Shown here in pieces: positions 40,738 through 50,632 of a stretch of DNA of 64,000 nucleotides (position 1 is the first letter of the stretch; every line of letters starts with the position of its first letter). The notes beneath the pieces are model-generated. The model made no database searches, was not told where the DNA came from, and saw only the letters and a list, made by a program, of their open reading frames with translations. Both the position numbers and the translations under genes were made by a program. Origin of the DNA: a virus. Location of the stretch: IMG/VR virus record IMGVR_UViG_3300037313_000197, positions 1 through 64,000 of that record; one strand, written 5' to 3'.

Positions 40738-40917
40738 ATGTCGAAGGCTACCCTTCTTAACGTGCGCGAGGCTGCACAGTACCGTGGAATTACCGAGCGT
40801 CAGGTCCAGCGTCTTGCTTCTGCTGGTCTCTTCCCCGTTGCAGACGTGGGTGCTCGCAATGCTCTATTCTTCAAGAAGAGCGAGATTCGTTACGCCCCTG
40901 TTTCCCTAAAGGGCTGA
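40738..40917 (+). CDS. excisionase-like (HTH_17/MerR-type) DNA-binding protein, 59 aa
   Basis: Manual translation MSKATLLNVREAAQYRGITERQVQRLASAGLFP...; AAGGAG RBS; not in the ORF track. Confidence 0.75.
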   Translation: MSKATLLNVREAAQYRGITERQVQRLASAGLFPVADVGARNALFFKKSEIRYAPVSLKG

Positions 40918-40973
40918 GTTTTGAGTGCTGGGTATCACTTCTAAAAACTGCCCATCCATCACAAGGAGGAATC

Positions 40974-41141
40974 ATGGACAGTTATGACAGAGCAGTAGTA
41001 ATTATAGCGGTGACCTTTCTTTGGCTCATTGCTCTCATTGCCGCGCCCGGTGTCACATTCTTTTTTACCGTCCTTGTCATCATTGTTGGTGGAGCACTAA
41101 TGACTAGTGGAGGCGGTGATGGAAGAAATGGCAGAAGATAA
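40974..41141 (+). CDS. small 2-TM membrane protein
   Basis: Manual translation MDSYDRAVVIIAVTFLWLIAL...; AGGAGG RBS. Confidence 0.65.
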   Translation: MDSYDRAVVIIAVTFLWLIALIAAPGVTFFFTVLVIIVGGALMTSGGGDGRNGRR

Positions 41142-41349
41142 TCTGTTCATAACATTCCATAGATACAAGAGACTTGTAGAGGATGGAAAGGCCAGAGCCA
41201 TTCGGTGTCCAAATGATAATAGCGTTGTAATTATTGGACATGATGACGGAGAACTGAGACTAGTTTGCTACGTTTGCAATATTCGCGTAACACCCGGCCT
41301 TTCTCTTATTCAGCAGGTTCAGGCGGTAGTTAAGGAGCACTATCTCTAA
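41107..41349 (+). CDS. small Zn-ribbon protein
   Basis: RCPND...CYVC motif. Confidence 0.6.
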   Translation: MEAVMEEMAEDNLFITFHRYKRLVEDGKARAIRCPNDNSVVIIGHDDGELRLVCYVCNIRVTPGLSLIQQVQAVVKEHYL

Positions 41350-41605
41350 TGTTCTATTGGATTTCACGATTCTTTGACCATGTTTCCAATATTTTATATC
41401 CAAACGATATTACAGATGAGTTCTGGGATAAGGACGAAAATGATGCTGAATGAACTGCTAGAGCGTCTAGAAAAGGCTCGTTTTGCCCTAATCAAGTTGA
41501 AGAGCGAGGCTGCTCTTTATAACGAGTCAGAGGAAACAAGATTGGCCGGTAAGTTAGAGGGAGTCTCCCTTGCCATTTCATACTTAAGAGAGTACGAAAG
41601 ATTTA

Positions 41606-42280
41606 ATGACGGAAATTGAATTTGTAACTAAGCCTAGCGCCACACTTGTTCAAACAAATGCAAGTGACGAAATGGTTGCTATGGCAGCATGGGTTTCTTT
41701 TGACAGGGACTCAGAAGAAAGACTGGAAGACAAGGACCGAATGAATGGCCTTATTAACTTCCTAATGCGTGAGAAGCATATGAGTCCATTTGAGCATGGC
41801 TCATTTACTTTTAAGATTGATTGTCCAATCTTTGTGGCTCGTGAATTCCACCGCCACCGCACTATGGCATATAACGAGGTATCCGGCAGATATACGGAAA
41901 TGAAGCCTCGTTTCTATAGTCCATCACTAGATAGGCCGATGGTGCAGAAGGGCAAGGCTGGACAGTATTACTTTGAGCCTGAGGCAGACCTAGCATGGAA
42001 GGCTCAAACGGCTATTGGAAATGCGACACTTACAGCATGGCGTGAATACCAAAATATGCTAAAGGCCGGTGTTGCCAAGGAAGTTGCCCGCATGGCTCTT
42101 CCCAATAACCTCATGACTCAGTTCTATGCTACGGTAAATCCTCGTAATCTAATGCACTTCCTTGGGTTGCGTACCTCTGAGCAGGCCTTGTATGAGATTA
42201 GACTTGTTGCAGAGTACATGGAGAAGCATCTTGAAGAGGCTATGCCATTGACCTATAATGCTTGGAAGGTAAACTCATGA
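41606..42280 (+). CDS. thyX: flavin-dependent thymidylate synthase
   Basis: HMSPFEH and RHRTMAYNEVSGRY signature motifs. Confidence 0.95.
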   Translation: MTEIEFVTKPSATLVQTNASDEMVAMAAWVSFDRDSEERLEDKDRMNGLINFLMREKHMSPFEHGSFTFKIDCPIFVAREFHRHRTMAYNEVSGRYTEMKPRFYSPSLDRPMVQKGKAGQYYFEPEADLAWKAQTAIGNATLTAWREYQNMLKAGVAKEVARMALPNNLMTQFYATVNPRNLMHFLGLRTSEQALYEIRLVAEYMEKHLEEAMPLTYNAWKVNS

Positions 42281-44620
42281 GTGTCAGAGTAACAATGGAT
42301 AAGCGTGCGGTTACCAATAATGTAACGTATTGGGAAGACACTGAGCACTTTACGTATTCCTTCCAGTTCGACAAGCAGACCGGTACCGGCCAGATTCTAA
42401 AGTTTGACAAAGAAGGTAGACGCTACCTAGTCGCTCTTTACCCGCCCCATCTGCTAGCAGAGATTGTAGCAATTGATGAGAATTGAAGAAGGCGAACTGA
42501 ACTGGATTCAGAGAAACTTTAGGTATGCAGCAGTAAATGAACTAATGCCCAACCTAATTACCGCACATATCACTGATGTGTGGCGAAAGGAATCCTATGA
42601 GATTACTGCGTTTTTTGTTATTGACGGAGTATCCTACAGGGCCGATGCAGAAATAGCGTATGAAGGTATCGACAGCGCGGAGGGTCTGCAAAAGGCGATC
42701 CTAATTCTGCTCGGTACAATGATGAACGATTTTAAGGAGAATAAGAAGTGAGTGAAGAAAAGGTTGAGCCTCTAGACAGGCTTGTAGGCTCGGTACAGAG
42801 CGTTCTACAGCAGATCGTTGAGGATATTACCGAGGAAGATGCCAAGACGCGTGCAGAGCAGGCAGTTGCGGCAGTTCTACAGAGTGGTTACAAGATCACA
42901 GAGCCAGAGGCTCAGTTGGAGTTTGGTTTTACACCTGACGAAGAGTGATCGCGATAGGTGGTGGGTGTAGAAATATGCCCACCACCTTAGGCAATTGGAG
43001 GACAAATGGTTTTACTAATTATCATACTCGCCTGTTTTGCCGGAGGATTACTCGCCTGTGCTTCATGGCTGGCTATCTCTGAGGGTGAATATATGGGTGC
43101 AATTGTCGTCTCTGTAATGGCCGGTATATTCATATGGATTACATTGTCTGTTGCAGAGGCATACCATGCAGACATTCCCGGCAAGTGTGACAAGGCTGGT
43201 GGAGTGTATGTAGACACTACTTGTATCAATAAGAACGCGGTAATTACAATTCGGCGCTAACGCGCTATAACAGACAAGGGCCGCACCACCTACCGGCCCG
43301 GTATAGGATGAATATGTCTCTAAGTAATGATATAAATAGACTGTCAATTGCATGGCGTAGTTTTAAGGCATCACTGCTTACCGGCGAAGAGTTTGTTGTA
43401 GAAAAGCGCTATGTTTGTGACATATGTAGTATGGAATCGTTTGGATTTCATAAAGGCTGCCCCGGTATTTATATGAGACAGGAGCGCCTAGTTAGTAAAT
43501 GGAGCGACACAGGAGTTTCATATATTGAAGACATATTTGCGAAATCTCGTGCTTGACCTGCTGGATATTGTCTATGCCTATCTGGGGAGAGGGTCTTGAC
43601 AACACCCCCGGCCCGGTATAGGGTGGAGGAGAAGGAGGCATCATGAACAAAGACGACTACCCCCGTTCCTACGGATCAGACCACAACTATACCTGCCCGG
43701 TGTGCGGAGCAATTACCACCCAACGACAGAAACACACAGAATGGCATGAGTCCATTCAAATCATCATTGACAGCCTACAAGACACTCAGGCCGGTGTTAA
43801 CAAGATCAAACGTGCTGTTCAAGCACTAATGAATAGAGCGTAATGGAGATAATCATGGTAAATGATGGAAGTCTATTCTATGACAAGCAACTAAGCACAC
43901 AATACCCGCACTCTATCTTTCAAGTCTTTAGAGAGGCAAGGGCGGCCGGTGTTGAATATACACTCATCATTAGAAATCTACAGCCGGGTGTAGTAACACA
44001 TCGTTCAGATGTTACTTTGCCCTATGGTACCACCGAAGATGATGTTCGTACTGCTCTAATTAATAACATCAAGGCTCGATGATGGGACACTATGCAAGCG
44101 AAATGGGCTATTCCTCACGCCGCGATGTGTCATGGCTAAAGTGGGGATTTAAGGGAATCAATTTTACTGACAACCTATGCTGCCCTCTGTGCTTTGCCTC
44201 AATCCCAGAGAGCGTTATCAACATGGGAGGCACGACAGATGACTACCGCCTTCCTTGGATGGAACATATCTTCTGGCATGAGGAAAGCAACAAGGACAGA
44301 AAGTTTGCCTTTTATTGGAACTTTCCTTTGAGCAAGAGTGTCACTGACAGACGAGAAGCATATATGCTTGGTGAAATGAAGCGAGCATATAAGCAGCATA
44401 AGACGCTACCGGCGCAGTTCTTGGAAGAGTGGAGACAAAAGTGAAATGTAAGCACTGTGGCGTTGAGTTAAAGAACCCCGAAAATACAAACGGTTGGCTG
44501 CACATTACCGGATTGGGTCGTTGTCAGAGTCCCGACGTAGAATATGGACATTTAGCAGAGCCAGAGGGTTCACCCTGTCGCGCTGATGGACCAAATCCGT
44601 GTTTAGGCGCGTTTCGCTGA
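42277..44620 (+). CDS. run of about 9 small hypothetical genes (e.g. 42473-42751, 42748-42948, 43006-43260, 43308-43556, 43643-43843, 43843-44082, 44079-44444)
   Basis: Packed plus-strand ORFs; internal promoter TTGACA-17-TAGGGT at 43596-43624. Confidence 0.55.
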
Positions 44621-44902
44621 TCTTAGTCGACCATAAAGTTCAGATTTCAAAATGTTAAAATTTATTTTTCTGTAATGATACAGCACTTCTGAGGGCCGTA
44701 GGCGCGTTAATAGTGCGCCCATAAGTCTGCGGTAGGATCGGTCCTAGAAGTCGCTTAGAATGGCGTCTAGGTACCTTAAACGGGACGCTAGCGGGAGGGT
44801 CACCCTCCCAACGTGCGAGACATACGCGAGACTAAACGCAAAGCGATAATGCATTTCATTTAGCTAATTGAATTCGTCTTTTGAATTGCAATTGCAAAAG
44901 GA

Positions 44903-44944
44903 CAAAAGAAAAGGCTCGACCCTTTTGGGGTCGAGCCTTTTCTA
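44903..44944. terminator. bidirectional terminator between convergent blocks
   Basis: aaaagaaaaggctcgaccc-tttt-ggggtcgagccttttct. Confidence 0.8.
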
Positions 44945-44952
44945 TGTTGGAT

Positions 44953-45549
44953 TTAGAATCCAACCTGTGCGATTCGAATTGCGCGACGCTTTGCAATTCG
45001 GGCCGACTCGTGATTGATTGCGCCCTTCTTCACACCCTTGGGGAATGAAAGGAGAATCTTTGCAATCTGGTTAGGGTGGAGTGAGTCGATACCGACACAA
45101 ACGGGCTCGCCGTTGGCCTCGGTTGCGCGGTCCCTGTCGTTCGTGCAAAGCGTGCACGCGGCCACCATGTTACCGGGCACGTATGCGGACTCGTGAGCGG
45201 AGTACCCGCTAACCTCTACGTCCGCCCACAGTTGCGACGGAACGAGCAGAAAAGCGTTCGGGACCGTTCCGTTAGCCTCGGGCGTGGCCTCGTCACCGAT
45301 TGCCCAAAAGGTCTCGGTGCAAAAGAAACAACGTCCGTTCTGCGCTTCGATCATCGCGTCTAGGATGACGCCCATGCGCCGACCACCGAAAGCGTCACGC
45401 GTGCAGGCTGCCACTGCGAATTCGTTAGCGTCATCCGTGATGATTGCCTGAACCTGAGCCGGGGTCGCACCCTGAGCCTGCGCAATGTCAATCTTTGCGA
45501 GCAGGTCGGCGCGAGCGATTCCAGCCTCGGTGCGAGCGATGCGAGCCAT
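44953..45549 (-). CDS. degenerate HNH-fold / Zn-binding protein
   Basis: GRCFFC...LLVP...GNMVAACTLC; the catalytic DH position reads FL. Confidence 0.55.
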   Translation of the reverse strand: MARIARTEAGIARADLLAKIDIAQAQGATPAQVQAIITDDANEFAVAACTRDAFGGRRMGVILDAMIEAQNGRCFFCTETFWAIGDEATPEANGTVPNAFLLVPSQLWADVEVSGYSAHESAYVPGNMVAACTLCTNDRDRATEANGEPVCVGIDSLHPNQIAKILLSFPKGVKKGAINHESARIAKRRAIRIAQVGF

Positions 45550-45667
45550 GGTAGTTACCTTCCGTGTCGGTTCGGCCGTTCCGAACCTTGCAAGACATAC
45601 ATTACCCGTACGGGTAACTCTCGCAAGCCAAAACGGGCCAAAAACTCAAAAAAGTTTCCTGTGAAAT

Positions 45668-45710
45668 CTGTCCACAGGTTATCCCCATTGTGGATAACTT
45701 CTGTGGAAAA
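45668..45710. promoter_or_regulatory. cluster of four DnaA-box-like 9-mers
   Basis: CTGTCCACA (45668), TTATCCCCA (45679), TGTGGATAA (45689, perfect) and TGTGGAAAA (45702). Confidence 0.65.
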
Positions 45711-45920
45711 CTCGTTGAGTTTTCAACTACCCTCAGGGTAATCGGGTAGTGCAACTTTCAACTACTACCGAAGGTAGTAGTGAATTGCCCTCAGGGTATA
45801 CCCCCATGCGCAATTACGATGGGCCTTCCACATCACCGATTTTTTACCCTGAGGGTTTAGGTAAAAAGCCTTTTACGATGGAAAGCAAAAAGACCCGAAT
45901 TTCTTCGGGCCTTTCGCTTT

Positions 45921-46205
45921 TCAGTGATGACGAGAGCAACAACCAAAGTTGTTTGCGAGTGCGAATTCTCCGCACCTACCCGAGACTGGACCATCTTCCG
46001 TTTCGATCCGAACCAATTCGGAACACAGAACCGGGAAAGCCTTTCGGTCAATCACAGCCCATCCGACGTGAGTGTTTGCGGGACGGAACTCTCCACCAGC
46101 CTCCACAAACAGGCTCAGGTGCTCCGAGAGCAATCCTGCTCGCCAGTTCTGGCCGTACATTCCGATGAACTCCTGCGGGTTCGTTTCCGTGGAAAGCATC
46201 TTCAT
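45921..46205 (-). CDS. cassette gene, hypothetical (C-terminal Cys/His cluster)
   Basis: MKMLSTETNP...; promoter TTGACA(46269-74)-17-TAGGCT. Confidence 0.65.
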   Translation of the reverse strand: MKMLSTETNPQEFIGMYGQNWRAGLLSEHLSLFVEAGGEFRPANTHVGWAVIDRKAFPVLCSELVRIETEDGPVSGRCGEFALANNFGCCSRHH

Positions 46206-46317
46206 GGTTTCTTTCCTTCTCTGTTCTGTTTGGCTTGCTACGCTAAGCCTATTTCTACCGGCCTCCTTTGTCAATCCTTTGGATACCCTCAGGGTTATCC
46301 ATGAAAGCCCGAAGGCT

Positions 46318-46521
46318 TCACCCCTTTCCGAAGTGGCGGGTACCGTTCATGAAAACCCATGGACGCTTGTCCCACGTGTTGTTGCACGTGTAGCCGAGGA
46401 CGATGTGACCATCTCGGATCATGACCCGAGCGACCTCGTTGAGACGCTTGGCACGGTGAATGCCAATGTCGTGACGCTGGCCGCTCTTCTTGAGCCTGAT
46501 GTGTAGCGTGTAGTTGTCCAT
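46318..46521 (-). CDS. cassette gene family A, copy 1 (leaderless)
   Basis: NYTLHIR.K..G...GTRHFGK; paralog at 49663. Confidence 0.75.
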   Translation of the reverse strand: MDNYTLHIRLKKSGQRHDIGIHRAKRLNEVARVMIRDGHIVLGYTCNNTWDKRPWVFMNGTRHFGKG

Positions 46522-46601
46522 AACTGAACTCTATCAAATCCTCTTGTTTTGTCAATTCAGGATTTCCCTCAGGGTAATGAGCCTGACCCCGAAGGGCCAA
46601 A

Positions 46602-46704
46602 CTTATCAGGCACCATGCACCTGCCCATCGTCTCCGACGTAGAGGTAAAACTCTCCGTAGGGCTTTGCAAGGTTCGTGAGGTCTTCCCCAACCTGACCCT
46701 GACA
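46602..46704 (-). pseudogene. cassette retaining only a 3' gene fragment
   Basis: Reads GQVGEDLTNLAKPYGEFYLYVGDDGQVHGA* with no start codon after the promoter TTGACA-17-TAGTGT. Confidence 0.55.
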
Positions 46705-46800
46705 AAAAGAACACTACTTGTTTTCGCTCATGTTGTCAACGATAAAATCCCCTCAGGGTAATCGATACCCTCAGGGGAATTCGCCGGTAGGCCCGAAGGC

Positions 46801-47016
46801 CTATCTAATGATTACCTGTGTAGGAGACACTATCTCAACGCTCCTGTAGTCAACGTGATGTTGCTTCAACCACTTGACCAACAATGGATCAAGCGCCTGA
46901 GAGGTCACCACTCGGCTGCTCTTTGCAGATTGCCTGCGCCTTCTGGGCTTCTTGAAATCACCCTTTGCTGCTCTCTGCACTGTCTTTTCATGGATGGAGA
47001 CTACCTTTCTCACCAT
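46801..47016 (-). CDS. cassette gene, basic hypothetical protein
   Basis: ORF bounded by cassette promoter and hairpin. Confidence 0.65.
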   Translation of the reverse strand: MVRKVVSIHEKTVQRAAKGDFKKPRRRRQSAKSSRVVTSQALDPLLVKWLKQHHVDYRSVEIVSPTQVIIR

Positions 47017-47093
47017 GGCTCATGATTACATGCCTACCGGCCCGTGTCAAGATAAATTACCCTCAGGGCAATTCCGGCTGACCCCGTAGGGCC

Positions 47094-47341
47094 TTACTTG
47101 TTGGATCGGTGATTCTTGATCTGCTCATATGTCCAATACAGGAGCACGAGCACGATTCCCCAGAAAATACCGGTCACTCGCCACCGCCCGGTAGTTGATC
47201 AAAGGACCGGTAGCCGACGTGAGCATACAGCACGTCAAGCAAGGTCTGCTTGGAGTAGCCATTGATGCTCGTGACGATTTGGAGCGTTTGCTCGGAGACA
47301 CCCAGCCGAAGGAGTTTGTCCCACATCTCGTTTTCGTTCAT
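47094..47341 (-). CDS. two-gene cassette: 55-aa protein (47174-47341) and 27-aa TM peptide (47094-47177)
   Basis: Manual translations MNENEMWDKLLRLGVSEQTLQIVTSINGYS...GYRSFDQL and MTGIFWGIVLVLLYW...; GTGA overlap; leaderless start. Confidence 0.7.
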
Positions 47342-47438
47342 GAGTAAAGACTATGGTATTTCAGCCAATGCGTCAAGGCATTAATTACCCTCAGGGGAAT
47401 GGGCCGGTAAGCGAAAAGACTACCCGAAGGTAGTCTAA

Positions 47439-47633
47439 TCACTGTGCGTCATCGATTGTAAGAGTAGCCTTGGGACGCTCATCCTTGACATTGTGCCAAT
47501 TGAGAGCGAGCACCAGTGCATACCCTGCCAGAATCACAAAGGCAAAGGCAACAGCGAGTGTGAGCCATGCAAGCGCAATGTTGCTCACAGAACCACCAGC
47601 CATGGTGAGGATGAGTTCTGAAATCTTGTTCAT
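47439..47633 (-). CDS. cassette gene, single-TM membrane protein
   Basis: MNKISELILT...hydrophobic stretch; leaderless start. Confidence 0.65.
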   Translation of the reverse strand: MNKISELILTMAGGSVSNIALAWLTLAVAFAFVILAGYALVLALNWHNVKDERPKATLTIDDAQ

Positions 47634-47787
47634 GTATCCATGGTGACTGATAACTAATGTGTTGTCAAGCATTTGATACCCTCAGGGTAATAGGTACGTG
47701 CGAGAAAGCAAAACCCTCAGGGTAACAATCACATATGGGTAATCCCTCGCCACCTTTTACGATGGGAGGGATTAGACCCAGAATTCC

Positions 47788-48027
47788 TCAGACTCTCTTG
47801 TAAGCCATTTGGATGAAACGTGGTTCGGAACCACCCTCGGGCCATGAATAGACGTTGTACTGCCCTGCTGGGAAGTTTTCGTGCGCCAGCCCGAACCGGA
47901 TGACGTTTTGGACATTGGCGTAGTAGTGGAAACACTGACAGTCCGCTCCTGTGCCCAAACGCTCTCTGCCCGTTCGTGGGTCGATATAGGCTGTCAGGTA
48001 CCGACGCTTAATCGTTTTCTTTGTCAT
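47788..48027 (-). CDS. cassette gene, hypothetical (leaderless)
   Basis: TTGACA-16-TAGACT, ATG 6 nt downstream. Confidence 0.7.
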   Translation of the reverse strand: MTKKTIKRRYLTAYIDPRTGRERLGTGADCQCFHYYANVQNVIRFGLAHENFPAGQYNVYSWPEGGSEPRFIQMAYKRV

Positions 48028-48115
48028 GTCCTTAGTCTAGTTGTTTTGGCCGGTATGTCAATAGGATAATTTCCCTCAGGGTAAAACAAAAGACCCCGAA
48101 GGGCCTTCCGAATGT

Positions 48116-48364
48116 TCACTTTCTGTCCTTAGGCTCAAACTTGAAGTGACCCCAATCGTTGTAGTTGTCATCGTTCGTCACGGTGATGTTCACCGTGTAG
48201 ACCTCAAACGGGTCCACCACGTCACGCGCGATACCGGCCGCGTGTCCCGCAGTCACGATGCCTTGAATGTGCGAGTCGAGAATGAACGTAGGAGCATTCC
48301 GCGAACGCTGCCACCCATCCTCGTCCGGCATGTGAACGCTTGCCACAACCTTGTACGTAGCCAC
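48116..48364 (-). CDS. cassette gene, hypothetical
   Basis: GTG start after GAAGG RBS; MATYKVVASVH... Confidence 0.65.
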   Translation of the reverse strand: MATYKVVASVHMPDEDGWQRSRNAPTFILDSHIQGIVTAGHAAGIARDVVDPFEVYTVNITVTNDDNYNDWGHFKFEPKDRK

Positions 48365-48604
48365 TTGTCCTTCACCCTTCGTCAGTGAGTTTCTTATTTG
48401 TATCTTTGCATCTACCGGCCATGTTGTCAAGCATAAAATACCCTCAGGGTTATACATAAACAACAGTAAGGACACCATTCGCAGGTGCCCTTACCTCTGT
48501 GCTATCTGTTCCATCTATGAACTTGACTAAAATCTACTCTTCTACCGGCCAAATGTCAAGCGACTAATAACCCTCAGGGAATAAACATAAAACCCCGAAG
48601 GGCT

Positions 48605-48805
48605 TTAGTCGTTGCTGTGCCATGGACAGGGCTCGGTAGGCTCTAGGACATTGTTACCGTCAAGATCAAAGGCAATCTCAGCGTGCTTCCATGCACGCCC
48701 GCCCTCCTGCACGTAGTCACCGCACTCCATGAAGCGGTCACCGACCTTGACGTAGCACTCTCCTGTGTCTTCGTTTGTGAAGTGCCTAACCGGACGCTGT
48801 GCCAT
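48605..48805 (-). CDS. cassette gene, hypothetical
   Basis: AGGAGG RBS; MAQRPVRHF... Confidence 0.7.
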   Translation of the reverse strand: MAQRPVRHFTNEDTGECYVKVGDRFMECGDYVQEGGRAWKHAEIAFDLDGNNVLEPTEPCPWHSND

Positions 48806-48909
48806 GATTTCCTCCTGAGAACGAGTGATGGTTAAATCTAACTTCATACCGGCAAAATTGTCAACTCATAAAATACCCTCAGGGTAATTGCGTGACCCCG
48901 TAGGGCCAT

Positions 48910-49194
48910 TCAGTCCACCTTCCTCATCAGGCCAACGTAGCCTAGGCCCAGATTCCACGTGAGTACGTAGTCGCCTTCCTCCACCACCTCATCATTGACA
49001 CCCGCGCCAATGTCCTCACGTGCGTAGTGGTCGGACTCATCACCGTAGTCCCACTGAGACAGATACTCGATTGTCTCGGTGATGCTCTCAGCGGTGGCAC
49101 CGTGCGCGAGGATGCCCTCAACGTTGCAGAGTCGGTCTACTACCTCACGGCCTTCCTCATCCTGCATGAAGACAATGTTTGCGTAACGGGACAT
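48910..49194 (-). CDS. cassette gene, acidic hypothetical protein
   Basis: MSRYANIVFMQ...YLSQWDYG. Confidence 0.7.
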   Translation of the reverse strand: MSRYANIVFMQDEEGREVVDRLCNVEGILAHGATAESITETIEYLSQWDYGDESDHYAREDIGAGVNDEVVEEGDYVLTWNLGLGYVGLMRKVD

Positions 49195-49306
49195 TTTCCG
49201 TTCCTTTCTCGGTGGCTGATAAGGCAAATCTATAGGACAACAGTAAGGCGTGTCAACTCATTGTTACCCTCAGGGTATTTGGCTCGACCCCGAGGGGCCT
49301 AGCGGT

Positions 49307-49558
49307 TCACTCCTTGTTCACCAGCCAGATACCTTCTGCCATGTGCAACAGTGCCTCACGTGCCTCACGCTTGGTCGTCCCGAGGTTCCGACCCTTCTTG
49401 AAACCAGACTTGGAGGAAATGAACCACTGATAGCCGTATGAACTGTTACCGGCGTGTAGGGTCCAGTCCTCAGAGCCCTTGATACCGGCGCTCTCTGCTG
49501 CCTTCTTCAAGTAGGCGAAAGCGGCTGCAACATCACGCTTGCTGATACGCTCGGACAT
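49307..49558 (-). CDS. cassette gene family B, copy 1
   Basis: MSERISKRDV.AAF..LK.AA...GNS..GY...LG.TKREA; paralog at 50633. Confidence 0.75.
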   Translation of the reverse strand: MSERISKRDVAAAFAYLKKAAESAGIKGSEDWTLHAGNSSYGYQWFISSKSGFKKGRNLGTTKREAREALLHMAEGIWLVNKE

Positions 49559-49662
49559 TTCTTCATCTCCTTGGTCTCTGCTGTTGATGAAAGCATATCA
49601 GTTAACAAGAGCGAGTCAAGCGAGTGATTTCCCTCAGGGTAATGTCACAAACCCCGAAGGGC

Positions 49663-49914
49663 CTACTTCTCCTTGCCGAAGTGCCTAGTACCGACGCGGG
49701 GGAAGTGAGAGGCTGGGGTTACGTTCCCGCTCACTGGCGCTATCGTCTCGTTGATGCTGTACCCGGTGACGATGCGACCCTGCCTGATGTGATGCTGAGA
49801 CGCGGTGTTGAGGTCACGGACACGGTCCACTTGCTCATGGATCACCGTGCCATCCTTGTCGCGGACGTGCAGCGTGTAGTTGAGGTTTGGGTAAAGGAGG
49901 CTGTTGTTCGTCAT
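49663..49914 (-). CDS. cassette gene family A, copy 2 (leaderless)
   Basis: NYTLHVRDKDG...GTRHFGK. Confidence 0.75.
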   Translation of the reverse strand: MTNNSLLYPNLNYTLHVRDKDGTVIHEQVDRVRDLNTASQHHIRQGRIVTGYSINETIAPVSGNVTPASHFPRVGTRHFGKEK

Positions 49915-50090
49915 GGCAAAGAGCCTATCGGTTCCTTGCTTGGTGTCAAATCATGATTACCCTCAGGGTTTTGGATACCCTCAGGGTAACTTTCCATAAC
50001 GGGGATTTCCCTGAGGGCTTTTACGAAGGACATACGCCATCACCGAATTTCCCTGAGGGTTTACGAGTTGACCCCGAAGGGCCGGTAAGT

Positions 50091-50489
50091 TTACCGATTC
50101 TGTCGAGCCGAGCACAGAGCACAACGAGTGGTCTTCGCCTCCCAATCGTAAATCCACCTGTGCTGAGGGTGCGTGTCTTCTGGGATGACGCCCTCTCGGA
50201 ACCGGCCACACGTGAGCCTATGGAATTCCTTGGCGTCTTCGTAGTAGGACATGGACGCATTCGGGTCGAGTTTGAACAGGAGACCGATCAAGGCTCCCCA
50301 CTCGTCCCACGTAGCAGCCTTCCACTCACCCGACTGAGCCATGCGCGTAGAGGAACCGCTGAGTTGCAGTTCAAAGGCGTGGTCACGCTTCCGTGAGCCG
50401 TGCTCGGTCAGAATCTCCGGGTAGAGGTCGAGCCCTCGTGCAGCCTCCCACACGTCAGCGTACCTCAGGGTGTCGGTATGAATCCTCAT
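50091..50489 (-). CDS. cassette gene, hypothetical (C-terminal CxxC)
   Basis: MRIHTDTL...HGSRKRDHAFEL.L.G...ATWDEWG. Confidence 0.7.
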   Translation of the reverse strand: MRIHTDTLRYADVWEAARGLDLYPEILTEHGSRKRDHAFELQLSGSSTRMAQSGEWKAATWDEWGALIGLLFKLDPNASMSYYEDAKEFHRLTCGRFREGVIPEDTHPQHRWIYDWEAKTTRCALCSARQNR

Positions 50490-50632
50490 TGGGGTTTCCT
50501 TCCCTTGGTTGGTAGTGCTAACACTATCAGGTTTAATAAGTTCGATCAACACCGGCCTACCCTCAGGGTAATATTCCTAGGTATGAAAGAAACCCGTTAC
50601 TCTGTGGTGAGTAACGGGTTTCTCTCGTCGTG

